Shown piece after piece: positions 25,301 to 40,300 of a stretch of DNA of 64,000 nt (position 1 is the stretch's first letter; every line of letters begins with the position of its first letter). Position numbers and translations under genes: made by a program. Source of the DNA: Gordius albopunctatus. Taxonomy: Eukaryota. The stretch covers positions 6,820,001 to 6,884,000 of the forward strand of contig OZ193910.1 of assembly GCA_964276515.1 (NCBI GenBank), written 5' to 3'. The notes beneath the pieces were generated by a model. The model was given only the letters and a program-made list of their open reading frames with translations. It had not been told where the DNA came from and did no database searches.

Positions 25301-28300
25301 TAATAATTTTTGATGACTGATCAAAAAAATGTTTTTCAAGGAATTCACCTCTTATACCGAAAACTTTCATGAGAGCTATATGGTTGAACAAAAAAATAGA
25401 AAAAATTTTGAGGTCGAAAAAATTATTATTTTTCATATTCTTTTGAAAGGGAGATGAAAAAATCTTTAAAAGTTAGTAAATATTCTTAGCATTTTGTCCT
25501 TGTTAGAATCTTGATAGGAATTTATGCGTGGGGGGATGTTTTAGATTGAGAGAAATTAAAATTTAGGTGTTGCGTTTATATTGTTTCAATATCGCTTTAT
25601 AAGCGAGCTCTATGCGATCGTGATTTAGAGTTAATAATTTTTGATGACTGATCAAAAAAATGTTTTTCAAGGAATTCACCTCTTATACCGAAAACTTTCA
25701 TGAGAGCTATATTGTTGAACAAAAAAAATTAAAACAATTTTGAGGTCGAAAAAAATATTATTTTTCATATTCTTTCGAAAGGGAGATGAAAAAATCTTTA
25801 AAAGTTAGTAAATATTCTAAGCATTTTGTCCTTGTTAGAATCTTGATAGGAATTTTTGCGTGGGTGGATGTTTGAGATTGAGAGAAATTAAAATTTTCGT
25901 GTTGCGTTTAGATTGTTTCAATATCGCTTTATAAGCGTGTGTCTAGTTTTAGTGAAACAAGCTCTATGCGATCGTGATTCAGAGTTAATAATTTTTGATG
26001 ACTGATCAAAAAAATGTTTTTCAAGGAATTCACCTCTTATACCGAAAACTTTCATGAGAGCTATATGGTTGAACAAAAAAATTTAAAAAATTTTGAGGTC
26101 GAAAAAAATATTATTTTTCATATTCTTTCGAAAGGGATATGAAAAAATCTTTAAAAGTTAGTAAATATTCTTAGCATTTTGTCCTTGTTAGAATCTTGAT
26201 AGGAATTTTTGCGTGGGGGGATGTTTGAGATTGAGAGAAATTAAAATTTTCGTGTTGCGTTTAGATTGATTCAATATCGCTTTATAAGCGTGTCTCTAGT
26301 TTTAGTGAAACAAGCTCTATGCGATCGTGATTTAGAATTAATAATTTTTGATGACTGATCAAAAAAATGTTTTTCAAGGAATTCACCTCTTATACCGAAA
26401 ACTTTCATGAGAGCTATATGGTTGAACAAAAAAATAGAAAAAATTTTGAGGTCGAAAAAATTATTATTTTTCATATTCTTTCGAAAGGGAGATGAAAAAA
26501 TCTTTAAAAGTTAGTAAATATTCTTAGCATTTTGTCCTTGTTAGAATCTTGATAGGAATTTATGCGTGGGGGGATGTTTTAGATTGAGAGAAATTAAAAT
26601 TTAGGTGTTGCGTTTATATTATTTCAATATCGCTTTATAAGCGAGCTCTATGCGATCGTGATTTAGAGTTAATAATTTTTGATGATTGATCAAAAAAATG
26701 TTTTTCAAGGAATTCACCTCTTATACCGAAAACTTTCATGAGAGCTATATGGTTGAACAAAAAAATAGAAAAAATTTTGAGGTCGAAAAAATTATTATTT
26801 TTCATATTCTTTCGAAAGGGAGATGAAAAAATCTTTAAAAGTTAGTAAATATTCTTAGCATTTTGTCCTTGTTAGAATCTTGATAGGAATTTATGCGTGG
26901 GGGGATGTTTTAGATTGAGAGAAATTAAAATTTAGGTGTTGCGTTTAGATTGATTCAATATCGCTTTATAAGCGTGTCTCTAGTTTTAGTGAAACAAGCT
27001 CTATGCGATCGTGATTTAGAGTTAATAATTTTTGACGACTGATCAAAAAAATGTTTTTAAAGGAATTCACCTCTTATACGGAAAACTTTCATGAGAGCTA
27101 TATGGTTGAACAAAAAAATAGAAAAAATTTTGAGGTCGAAAAAATTATTATTTTTCATATTCTTTCGAAAGGGAGATGAAAAAATCTTTAAAAGTTAGTA
27201 AATATTCTTAGCATTTTGTCCTTGTTAGAATCTTGATAGGAATTTATGCGTGGGGGGATGTTTTAGATTGAGAGAAATTAAAATTTAGGTGTTGCGTTTA
27301 TATTGTTTCAATATCGCTTTATAAGCGAGCTCTATGCGATCGTGATTTAGAGTTAATAATTTTTGATGACTGATCAAAAAAATGTTTTTCAAGGAATTCA
27401 CCTCTTATACCGAAAACTTTCATGAGAGCTATATGGTTGAACAAAAAATTGAAAAAATTTTGAGGTCGAAAAAAATATTATTTTTCATATTCTTTCGAAA
27501 GGATGATGAAAAAATCTTTAAAAGTTAGTAAATATTCTTAGCATTTTGTCCTTGTTAGAATCTTGATAGGAATTTATGCGTGGGGGGATGTTTTAGATTG
27601 AGAGAAATTAAAATTTAGGTGTTGCGTTTATATTATTTCAATATCGCTTTATAAGCGAGCTCTATGCGATCGTGATTTAGAGTTAATAATTTTTGATGAC
27701 TGATCAAAAAATGTTTTTCAAGGAATTCACCTCTTATACCGAAAACTTTCATGAGAGCTATATGGTTGAACAAAAAAATTTAAAAAATTTTGAGGTCGAA
27801 AAAAATATTATTTTTCATATTCTTTTGAAAGGGAGATGAAAAAATCTTTAAAAGTTAGTAAATATTCTTAGCATTTTGTCCTTGTTAGAATCTTGATAGG
27901 AATTTATGCGTGGGGGGATGTTTTAGATTGAGAGAAATTAAAATTTTCGTGTTGCGTTTAGATTGATTCAATATCGCTTTATAAGCGTGTCTCTAGTTTT
28001 AGTGAAACAAGCTCTATGCGATCGTGATTTAGAGTTAATAATTTTTGACGACTGATCAAAAAAATGTTTTTAAAGGAATTCACCTCTTATACGGAAAACT
28101 TTCATGAGAACTATATGGTTGAACAAAAAAATAGAAAAAATTTTGAGGTCGAAAAAATTATTATTTTTCATATTCTTTCGAAAGGGAGATGAAAAAATCT
28201 TTAAAAGTTAGTAAATATTCTTAGCATTTTGTCCTTGTTAGAATCTTGATAGGAATTTATGCGTGGGGGGATGTTTGAGATTTAGAGAAATTAAAATTTA

Positions 28301-31300
28301 GGTGTTGCCTTTATATTGTTTCAATATCGCTTTATAAGCGTGTCTCTAGTTTTAGTGAAACAAGCTCTATGCGATCGTGATTCACAGTTAATAATTTTTG
28401 ATGACTGATCAAAAAAATGTTTTTCAAGGAATTCACCTCTTATACCGAAAACTTTCATGAGAGCTATATGGTTGAACAAAAAAATTTAAAAAATTTTGAG
28501 GTCGAAAAAAATATTATTTTTCATATTCTTTTGAAAGGGAGATGAAAAAATCTTTAAAAGTTAGTAAATATTCTTAGCATTTTGTCCTTGTTAGAATCTT
28601 GATAGGAATTTATGCGTGGGGGGATGTTTTAGATTGAGAGAAATTAAAATTTAGGTGTTGCGTTTATATTGTTTCAATATCGCTTTATAAGCGTGTCTCT
28701 AGTTTTAGTGAAACAAGCTCTATGCGATCGTGATTCAGAGTTAATAATTTTTGATGACTGATCAAAAAAATGTTTTTCAAGGAATTCACCTCTTATACCG
28801 AAAACTTTCATGAGAGCTATATGGTTGAACAAAAAAATTTAAAAAATTTTGAGGTCGAAAAAAATATTATTTTTCATATTCTTTCGAAAGGGATATCAAA
28901 AAATCTTTAAAAGTTAGTAAATATTCATAGCATTTTGTCCTTGTTAGAATCTTGATAGGAATTTTTGCGTGGGGGGATGTTTTAGATTGAGAGAAATTAA
29001 AATTTAGGTGTTGCGTTTATATTGTTTCAATATCGCTTTATAAGCGTGTCTCTAGTTTTAGTTAAACAAGCTCTATGCGATCGTGATTCACAGTTAATAA
29101 TTTTTGATGACTGATCAAAAAAATGTTTTTCAAGGAATTCACCTCTTATACCGAAAACTTTCATGAGAGCTATATGGTTGAACAAAAAAATTTAAAAAAT
29201 TTTGAGGTCGAAAAAAATATTATTTTTCATATTCTTTTGAAAGGGAGATGAAAAAATCTTTAAAAGTTAGTAAATATTCTTAGCATTTTGTCCTTGTTAG
29301 AATCTTGATAGGAATTTTTGCGTGGGGGGATGTTTGAGATTGAGAGAAATTAAAATTTTCGTGTTGCGTTTAGATTGATTCAATATCGCTTTATAAGCGT
29401 GTCTCTAGTTTTAGTGAAACAAGCTCTATGCGATCGTGATTTAGAGTTAATAATTTTTGATGACTGATCAAAAAAATGTTTTTCAAGGAATTCACCTCTT
29501 ATACCGAAAACTTTCATGAGAGCTATATGGTTGAACAAAAAAATAGAAAAAATTTTGAGGTCGAAAAAATTATTATTTTTCATATTGTTTCGAAAGGGAG
29601 ATGAAAAAATCTTTAAAAGTTAGTAAATATTCTTAGCATTTTGTCCTTGTTAGAATCTTGATAGGAATTTTTGCGTGGGGGGATGTTTGAGATTGAGAGA
29701 AATTAAAATTTTCGTGTTGCGTTTAGATTGATTCAATATCGCTTTATAAGCGTGTCTCTAGTTTTAGTGAAACAAGCTCTATGCGATCGTGATTTAGAGT
29801 TAATAATTTTTGATGACTGATCAAAAAAATGTTTTTCAAGGAATTCACCTCTTATACCGAAAACTTTCATGAGAGCTATATGGTTGAACAAAAAAATAGA
29901 AAAAATTTTGAGGTCGAAAAAATTATTATTTTTCATATTCTTTTGAAAGGGAGATGAAAAAATCTTTAAAAGTTAGTAAATATTCTTAGCATTTTGTCCT
30001 TGTTAGAATCTTGATAGGAATTTATGCGTGGGGGGATGTTTTAGATTGAGAGAAATTAAAATTTAGGTGTTGCGTTTATATTGTTTCAATATCGCTTTAT
30101 AAGCGAGCTCTATGCGATCGTGATTTAGAGTTAATAATTTTTGATGACTGATCAAAAAAATGTTTTTCAAGGAATTCATCTCTTATACGGAAAACTTTCA
30201 TGAGAGCTATATGGTTGAACAAAAAAATTGAAAAAATTTTGAGGTCGAAAAAAATATTATTTTTCATATTCTTTCGAAAGGATGATGAAAAAATCTTTAA
30301 AAGTTAGTAAATATTCTTAGCATTTTGTCCTTGTTAGAATCTTGATAGGAATTTTTGCGTGGGGGGATGTTTTAGATTGAGAGAAATTAAAATTTAGGTG
30401 TTGCGTTTATATTGTTTCAATATCGCTTTATAAGCGTGTCTCTAGTTTTAGTGAAACAAGCTCTATGCGATCGTGATTCAGAGTTAATAATTTTTGATGA
30501 CTGATCAAAAAAATGTTTTTCAAGGAATTCACCTCTTATACCGAAAACTTTCATGAGAGCTATATGGTTGAACAAAAAAATTTAAAAAATTTTGAGGTCG
30601 AAAAAAATATTATTTTTCATATTCTTTCGAAAGGGATATCAAAAAATCTTTAAAAGTTAGTAAATATTCATAGCATTTTGTCCTTGTTAGAATCTTGATA
30701 GGAATTTTTGCGTGGGGGGATGTTTTAGATTGAGAGAAATTAAAATTTAGGTGTTGCGTTTATATTGTTTCAATATCGCTTTATAAGCGTGTCTCTAGTT
30801 TTAGTGTAACAAGCTCTATGCGATCGTGATTTAGAGTTAATAATTTTTGATGACTGATCAAAAAAATGTTTTTCAAGGAATTCACCTCTTATACCGAAAA
30901 CTTTCATGAGAGCTATATGGTTGAACAAAAAAAATTAAAACAATTTTGAGGTCGAAAAAAATATTATTTTTCATATTCTTTCGAAAGGGAGATGAAAAAA
31001 TCTTTAAAAGTTAGTAAATATTCTTAGCATTTTGTCCTTGTTAGAATCTTGATAGGAATTTTTGCGTGGGGGCATGTTTGAGATTGAGAGAAATTAAAAT
31101 TTTCGTGTTGCGTTTAGATTGATTCAATATCGCTTTATAAGCGTGTCTCTAGTTTTAGTGAAACAGGCTCTATGCGATCGTGATTTAGAGTTAATAATTT
31201 TTGATGACTGATCAAAAAAATGTTTTTCAAGGAATTCATCTCTTATACGGAAAACTTTCATGAGAGCTATATGGTTGAACAAAAAAATTGAAAAAATTTT

Positions 31301-34300
31301 GAGGTCGAAAAAAATATTATTTTTCATATTCTTTCGAAAGGATGATGAAAAAATCTTTAAAAGTTAGTAAATATTCTTAGCATTTTGTCCTTGTTAGAAT
31401 CTTGATAGGAATTTATGCGTGGGGGGATGTTTGAGATTTAGAGAAATTAAAATTTAGGTGTTGCGTTTATATTGTTTCAATATCGCTTTATAAGCGTGTC
31501 TCTAGTTTTAGTGAAACAAACTCTATGCGATCGTGATTCAGAGTTAATAATTTTTGATGACTGATCAAAAAAATGTTTTTCAAGGAATTCACCTCTTATA
31601 CCGAAAACTTTCATGAGAGCTATATGGTTGAACAAAAAAATTTAAAAAATTTTGAGGTCGAAAAAAATATTATTTTTCATATTCTTTCGAAAGGGAGATG
31701 AAAAAATCTTTAAAAGTTAGTAAATATTCTTAGCATTTTGTCCTTGTTAGAATCTTGATAGGAATTTTTGCGTGGGGGGATGTTTTAGATTGAGAGAAAT
31801 TAAAATTTAGGTGTTGCGTTTATATTGTTTCAATATCGCTTTATAAGCGTGTCTCTAGTTTTAGTTAAACAAGCTCTATGCGATCGTGATTTAGAGTTAA
31901 TAATTTTTGATGACTGATCAAAAAAATGTTTTTCAAGGAATTCACCTCTTATACCGAAAATTTTCATGAGAGCTATATGGTTGAACAAAAAAATTGAAAA
32001 AATTTTGAGGTCGAAAAAAATATTATTTTTCATATTGTTTCGAAAGGGAGATGAAAAAATCTTTAAAAGTTAGTAAATATTCTTAGCATTTTGTCCTTGT
32101 TAGAATCTTGATAGGAATTTTTGCGTGGGGGGATGTTTGAGATTGAGAGAAATTAAAATTTTCGTGTTGCGTTTAGATTGATTCAATATCGCTTTATAAG
32201 CGTGTCTCTAGTTTTAGTGAAACAAGCTCTATGCGATCGTGATTTAGAGTTAATAATTTTTGATGACTGATCAAAAAATGTTTTTCAAGGAATTCACCTC
32301 TTATACGGAAAACTTTCATGAGAGCTATATGGTTGAACAAAAAAATAGAAAAAATTTTGAGGTCGAAAAAAATATTATTTTTCATATTCTTTTGAAAGGG
32401 AGATGAAAAAATCTTTAAAAGTTAGTAAATATTCTTAGCATTTTGTCCTTGTTAGAATCTTGATAGGAATTTATGCGTGGGGGGATGTTTTAGATTGAGA
32501 GAAATTAAAATTTAGGTGTTGCGTTTATATTGTTTCAATATCGCTTTATAAGCGTGTCTCTAGTTTTATTGAAACAAGCTCTATGCGATCGTGATTCAGA
32601 GTTAATAATTTTTGATGACTGATCAAAAAAATGTTTTTCAAGGAATTCACCTCTTATACCGAAAACTTTCATGAGAACTATATGGTTGGAACAAAAAAAT
32701 TGAAAAAATTTTGAGGTCGAAAAAAATATTATTTTTCATATTTTTTCGAAAGGGAGATGAAAAAATCTTTAAAAGTTAGTAAATATTCTTAGCATTTTGT
32801 CCTTGTTAGAATCTTGATAGGAATTTATGCGTGGGGGGATGTTTTAGATTGAGAGAAATTAAAATTTAGGTGTTGCGTTTATATTGTTTCAATATCGCTT
32901 TATAAGCGAGCTCTATGCGATCGTGATTTAGAGTTAATAATTTTTGATGACTGATCAAAAAAATGTTTTTCAAGGAATTCACCTCTTATACCGAAAACTT
33001 TCATGAGAGCTATATGGTTGAACAAAAAAATAGAAAAAATTTTGAGGTCGAAAAAAATATTATTTTTCATATTCTTTTGAAAGGGAGATGAAAAAATCTT
33101 TAAAAGTTAGTAAATATTCTTAGCATTTTGTCCTTGTTAGAATCTTGATAGGAATTTTTGCGTGGGGGGATGTTTGAGATTGAGAGAAATTAAAATTTTC
33201 GTGTTGCGTTTATATTGTTTCAATATCGCTTTATAAGCGTGTCTCTAGTTTTATTGAAACAAGCTCTATGCGATCGTGATTCAGAGTTAATAATTTTTGA
33301 TGACTGATCAAAAAAATGTTTTTCAAGGAATTCACCTCTTATACCGAAAACTTTCATGAGAGCTATATGGTTGAACAAAAAAATTTAAAAAATTTTGAGG
33401 TCGAAAAAAATATTATTTTTCATATTGTTTCGAAAGGGAGATGAAAAAATCTTTAAAAGTTAGTAAATATTCTTAGCATTTTGTCCTTGTTAGAATCTTG
33501 ATAGGAATTTTTGCGTGGGGGGATGTTTGAGATTGAGAGAAATTAAAATTTAGGTGTTGCCTTTATATTGTTTCAATATCGCTTTATAAGCGTGTCTCTA
33601 GTTTTAGTGAAACAAGCTCTATGCGATCGTGATTCAGAGTTAATAATTTTTGATGACTGATCAAAAAAATGTTTTTCAAGGAATTCACCTCTTATACGGA
33701 AAACTTTCATGAGAGCTATATGGTTGAACAAAAAAATAGAAAAAATTTTGAGGTCGAAAAAAATATTATTTTTCATATTCTTTTGAAAGGGAGATGAAAA
33801 AATCTTTAAAAGTTAGTAAATATTCTTAGCATTTTGTCCTTGTTAGAATCTTGATAGGAATTTATGCGTGGGGGGATGTTTTAGATTGAGAGAAATTAAA
33901 ATTTAGGTGTTGCGTTTATATTGTTTCAATATCGCTTTATAAGCGAGCTCTATGCGATCGTGATTTAGAGTTAATAATTTTTGATGACTGATCAAAAAAA
34001 TGTTTTTCAAGGAATTCATCTCTTATACGGAAAACTTTCATGAGAGCTATATGGTTGAACAAAAAAATTGAAAAAATTTTGAGGTCGAAAAAAATATTAT
34101 TTTTCATATTGTTTCGAAAGGGAGATGAAAAAATCTTTAAAAGTTAGTAAATATTCTTAGCATTTTGTCCTTGTTAGAATCTTGATAGGAATTTTTGCGT
34201 GGGGGGATGTTTGAGATTGAGAGAAATTAAAATTTTCGTGTTGCGTTTAGATTGATTCAATATCGCTTTATAAGCGTGTCTCTAGTTTTAGTGAAACAAG

Positions 34301-37300
34301 CTCTATGCGATCGTGATTTAGAGTTAATAATTTTTGATGACTGATCAAAAAAATGTTTTTCAAGGAATTCACCTCTTATACCGAAAACTTTCATGAGAGC
34401 TATATGGTTGAACAAAAAAATTTAAAAAATTTTGAGGTCGAAAAAAATATTATTTTTCATATTCTTTTGAAAGGGAGATGAAAAAACCTTTAAAAGTTAG
34501 TAAATATTCTTAGCATTTTGTCCTTGTTAGAATCTTGATAGGAATTTATGCGTGGGGGGATGTTTTAGATTGAGAGAAATTAAAATTTTCGTGTTGCGTT
34601 TAGATTGATTCAATATCGCTTTATAAGCGTGTCTCTAGTTTTAGTGAAACAAGCTCTATGCGATCGTGATTTAGAGTTAATAATTTTTGACGACTGATCA
34701 AAAAAATGTTTTTAAAGGAATTCCCCTCTTATACGGAAAACTTTCATGAGAGCTATATGGTTGAACAAAAAAATAGAAAAAATTTTGAGGTCGAAAAAAT
34801 TATTATTTTTCATATTCTTTCGAAAGGGAGATGAAAAAATCTTTAAAAGTTAGTAAATATTCTTAGCATTTTGTCCTTGTTAGAATCTTGATAGGAATTT
34901 ATGCGTGGGGGGATGTTTGAGATTTAGAGAAATTAAAATTTAGGTGTTGCCTTTATATTGTTTCAATATCGCTTTATAAGCGTGTCTCTAGTTTTAGTGA
35001 AACAAGCTCTATGCGATCGTGATTCAGAGTTAATAATTTTTGATGACTGATCAAAAAAATGTTTTTCAAGGAATTCACCTCTTATACCGAAAACTTTCAT
35101 GAGAGCTATATGGTTGAACAAAAAAATTTAAAAAATTTTGAGGTCGAAAAAAATATTATTTTTCATATTCTTTTGAAAGGGAGATGAAAAAATCTTTAAA
35201 AGTTAGTAAATATTCTTAGCATTTTGTCCTTGTTAGAATCTTGATAGGAATTTATGCGTGGGGGGATGTTTTAGATTGAGAGAAATTAAAATTTAGGTGT
35301 TGCGTTTATATTGTTTCAATATCGCTTTATAAGCGAGCTCTATGCGATCGTGATTTAGAGTTAATAATTTTTGATGACTGATCAAAAAAATGTTTTTCAA
35401 GGAATTCATCTCTTATACGGAAAACTTTCATGAGAGCTATATGGTTGAACAAAAAAATTGAAAAAATTTTGAGGTCGAAAAAAATATTATTTTTCATATT
35501 CTTTCGAAAGGATGATGAAAAAATCTTTAAAAGTTAGTAAATATTCTTAGCATTTTGTCCTTGTTAGAATCTTGATAGGAATTTTTGCGTGGGGGGATGT
35601 TTTAGATTGAGAGAAATTAAAATTTAGGTGTTGCGTTTATATTGTTTCAATATCGCTTTATAAGCGTGTCTCTAGTTTTAGTGAAACAAGCTCTATGCGA
35701 TCGTGATTCAGAGTTAATAATTTTTGATGACTGATCAAAAAAATGTTTTTCAAGGAATTCACCTCTTATACCGAAAACTTTCATGAGAGCTATATGGTTG
35801 AACAAAAAAATTTAAAAAATTTTGAGGTCGAAAAAAATATTATTTTTCATATTCTTTCGAAAGGGATATCAAAAAATCTTTAAAAGTTAGTAAATATTCA
35901 TAGCATTTTGTCCTTGTTTGAATCTTGATAGGAATTTTTGCGTGGGGGGATGTTTTAGATTGAGAGAAATTAAAATTTAGGTGTTGCGTTTATATTGTTT
36001 CAATATCGCTTTATAAGCGTGTCTCTAGTTTTAGTTAAACAAGCTCTATGCGATCGTGATTCAGAGTTAATAATTTTTGATGACTGATCAAAAAAATGTT
36101 TTTCAAGGAATTCACCTCTTATACCGAAAACTTTCATGAGAGCTATATGGTTGAACAAAAAAATTTAAAAAATTTTGAGGTCGAAAAAAATATTATTTTT
36201 CATATTCTTTCGAAAGGGATATCAAAAATTCTTTAAAAGTTAGTAAATATTCATAGCATTTTGTCCTTGTTAGAATCTTGATAGGAATTTTTGCGTGGGG
36301 GGATGTTTTAGATTGAGAGAAATTAAAATTTAGGTGTTGCGTTTATATTGTTTCAATATCGCTTTATAAGCGTGTCTCTAGTTTTAGTGAAACAAGCTCT
36401 ATGCGATCGTGATTTAGAGTTAATAATTTTTGATGACTGATCAAAAAAATGTTTTTCAAGGAATTCACCTCTTATACCGAAAACTTTCATGAGAGCTATA
36501 TGGTTGAACAAAAAAATAGAAAAAATTTTGAGGTCGAAAAAATTATTATTTTTCATATTCTTTTGAAAGGGAGATGAAAAAATCTTTAAAAGTTAGTAAA
36601 TATTCTTAGCATTTTGTCCTTGTTAGAATCTTGATAGGAATTTTTGCGTGGGGGGATGTTTTAGATTGAGAGAAATTAAAATTTAGGTGTTGCGTTTATA
36701 TTGTTTCAATATCGCTTTATAAGCGTGTCTCTAGTTTTAGTGAAACAAGCTCTATGCGATCGTGATTCAGAGTTAATAATTTTTGATGACTGATCAAAAA
36801 AATGTTTTTCAAGGAATTCACCTCTTATACCGAAAACTTTCATGAGAGCTATATGGTTGAACAAAAAAATTGAAAAAATTTTGAGGTCGAAAAAAATATT
36901 ATTTTTCATATTCTTTCGAAAGGATGATGAAAAAATCTTTAAAAGTTAGTAAATATTCTTAGCATTTTGTCCTTGTTAGAATCTTGATAGGAATTTTTGC
37001 GTGGGGGGATGTTTTAGATTGAGAGAAATTAAAATTTAGGTGTTGCGTTTATATTGTTTCAATATCGCTTTATAAGCGTGTCTCTAGTTTTAGTGAAACA
37101 AGCTCTATGCGATCGTGATTCAGAGTTAATAATTTTTGATGACTGATCAAAAAAATGTTTTTCAAGGAATTCACCTCTTATACCGAAAACTTTCATGAGA
37201 GCTATATGGTTGAACAAAAAAATTTAAAAAATTTTGAGGTCGAAAAAAATATTATTTTTCATAATCTTTCGAAAGGATGATGAAAAAATCTTTAAAAGTT

Positions 37301-40300
37301 AGTAAATATTCTTAGCATTTTGTCCTTGTTAGAATCTTGATAGGAATTTTTGCGTGGGGGGATGTTTGAGATTGAGAGAAATTAAAATTTTCGTGTTGCG
37401 TTTAGATTGATTCAATATCGCTTTATAAGCGTGTATCTAGTTTTAGTGAAACAAGCTCTATGCGATCGTGATTTAGAGTTAATAATTTTTGATGACTGAT
37501 CAAAAAATGTTTTTCAAGGAATTCACCTCTTATACCGAAAACTTTCATGAGAACTATATGGTTGGAACAAAAAAATTGAAAAAATTTTGAGGTCGAAAAA
37601 AATATTATTTTTCATATTTTTTCGAAAGGGAGATGAAAAAATCTTTAAAAGTTAGTAAATATTCTTAGCATTTTGTCCTTGTTAGAATCTTGATAGGAAT
37701 TTATGCGTGGGGGGATGTTTTAGATTGAGAGAAATTAAAATTTAGGTGTTGCGTTTATATTGTTTCAATATCGCTTTATAAGCGTGTCTCTAGTTTTATT
37801 GAAACAAGCTCTATGCGATCGTGATTCAGAGTTAATAATTTTTGATGACTGATCAAAAAAATGTTTTTCAAGGAATTCACCTCTTATACCGAAAACTTTC
37901 ATGAGAGCTATATGGTTGAACAAAAAAATTTAAAAAATTTTGAGGTCGAAAAAAATATTATTTTTCATATTGTTTCGAAAGGGAGATGAAAAAATCTTTA
38001 AAAGTTAGTAAATATTCTTAGCATTTTGTCCTTGTTAGAATCTTGATAGGAATTTTTGCGTGGGGGGATGTTTGAGATTGAGAGAAATTAAAATTTAGGT
38101 GTTGCCTTTATATTGTTTCAATATCGCTTTATAAGCGTGTCTCTAGTTTTAGTGAAACAAGCTCTATGCGATCGTGATTCAGAGTTAATAATTTTTGATG
38201 ACTGATCAAAAAAATGTTTTTCAAGGAATTCACCTCTTATACGGAAAACTTTCATGAGAGCTATATGGTTGAACAAAAAAATAGAAAAAATTTTGAGGTC
38301 GAAAAAAATATTATTTTTCATATTCTTTTGAAAGGGAGATGAAAAAATCTTTAAAAGTTAGTAAATATTCTTAGCATTTTGTGCTTGTTAGAATCTTGAT
38401 AGGAATTTATGCGTGGGGGGATGTTTTAGATTGAGAGAAATTAAAATTTAGGTGTTGCGTTTATATTGTTTCAATATCGCTTTATAAGCGAGCTCTATGC
38501 GATCGTGATTTAGAGTTAATAATTTTTGATGACTGATCAAAAAAATGTTTTTCAAGGAATTCATCTCTTATACGGAAAACTTTCATGAGAGCTATATGGT
38601 TGAACAAAAAAATTGAAAAAATTTTGAGGTCGAAAAAAATATTATTTTTCATATTGTTTTGAAAGGGAGATGAAAAAATCTTTAAAAGTTAGTAAATATT
38701 CTTAGCATTTTTTGCTTGTTAGAATCTTGATAGGAATTTTTGCGTGGGGGGATGTTTTAGATTGAGAGAAATTAAAATTTAGGTGTTGCGTTTATATTGT
38801 TTCAATATCGCTTTATAAGCGTGTCTCTAGTTTTAGTGAAACAAGCTCTATGCGATCGTGATTTAGAGTTAATAATTTTTGATGACTGATCAAAAAATGT
38901 TTTTCAAGGAATTCACCTCTTATACCGAAAACTTTCATGAGAGCTATATGGTTGAACAAAAAAATTTAAAAAATTTTGAGGTCGAAAAAAATATTATTTT
39001 TCATATTTTTTCGAAAGGGAGATGAAAAAATCTTTAAAAGTTAGTAAATATTCTTAGCATTTTGTCCTTGTTAGAATCTTGATAGGAATTTATGCGTGGG
39101 GGGATGTTTTAGATTGAGAGAAATTAAAATTTAGGTGTTGCGTTTATATTGTTTCAATATCGCTTTATAAGCGTGTCTCTAGTTTTATTGAAACAAGCTC
39201 TATGCGATCGTGATTCAGAGTTAATAATTTTTGATGACTGATCAAAAAAATGTTTTTCAAGGAATTCACCTCTTATACCGAAAACTTTCATGAGAGCTAT
39301 ATGGTTGAACAAAAAAATTTAAAAAATTTTGAGGTCGAAAAAAATATTATTTTTCATATTGTTTCGAAAGGGAGATGAAAAAATCTTTAAAAGTTAGTAA
39401 ATATTCTTAGCATTTTGTCCTTGTTAGAATCTTGATAGGAATTTTTGCGTGGGGGGATGTTTGAGATTGAGAGAAATTAAAATTTAGGTGTTGCCTTTAT
39501 ATTGTTTCAATATCGCTTTATAAGCGTGTCTCTAGTTTTAGTGAAACAAGCTCTATGCGATCGTGATTCAGAGTTAATAATTTTTGATGACTGATCAAAA
39601 AAATGTTTTTCAAGGAATTCACCTCTTATACGGAAAACTTTCATGAGAGCTATATGGTTGAACAAAAAAATAGAAAAAATTTTGAGGTCGAAAAAAATAT
39701 TATTTTTCATATTCTTTTGAAAGGGAGATGAAAAAATCTTTAAAAGTTAGTAAATATTCTTAGCATTTTGTCCTTGTTAGAATCTTGATAGGAATTTATG
39801 CGTGGGGGGATGTTTTAGATTGAGAGAAATTAAAATTTAGGTGTTGCGTTTATATTATTTCAATATCGCTTTATAAGCGAGCTCTATGCGATCGTGATTT
39901 AGAGTTAATAATTTTTGATGACTGATCAAAAAAATGTTTTTCAAGGAATTCATCTCTTATACGGAAAACTTTCATGAGAGCTATATGGTTGAACAAAAAA
40001 ATTGAAAAAATTTTGAGGTCGAAAAAAATATTATTTTTCATATTGTTTCGAAAGGGAGATGAAAAAATCTTTAAAAGTTAGTAAATATTCTTAGCATTTT
40101 GTCCTTGTTAGAATCTTGATAGGAATTTTTGCGTGGGGGGATGTTTGAGATTGAGAGAAATTAAAATTTTCGTGTTGCGTTTAGATTGATTCAATATCGC
40201 TTTATAAGCGTGTCTCTAGTTTTAGTGAAACAAGCTCTATGCGATCGTGATTTAGAGTTAATAATTTTTGATGACTGATCAAAAAAATGTTTTTCAAGGA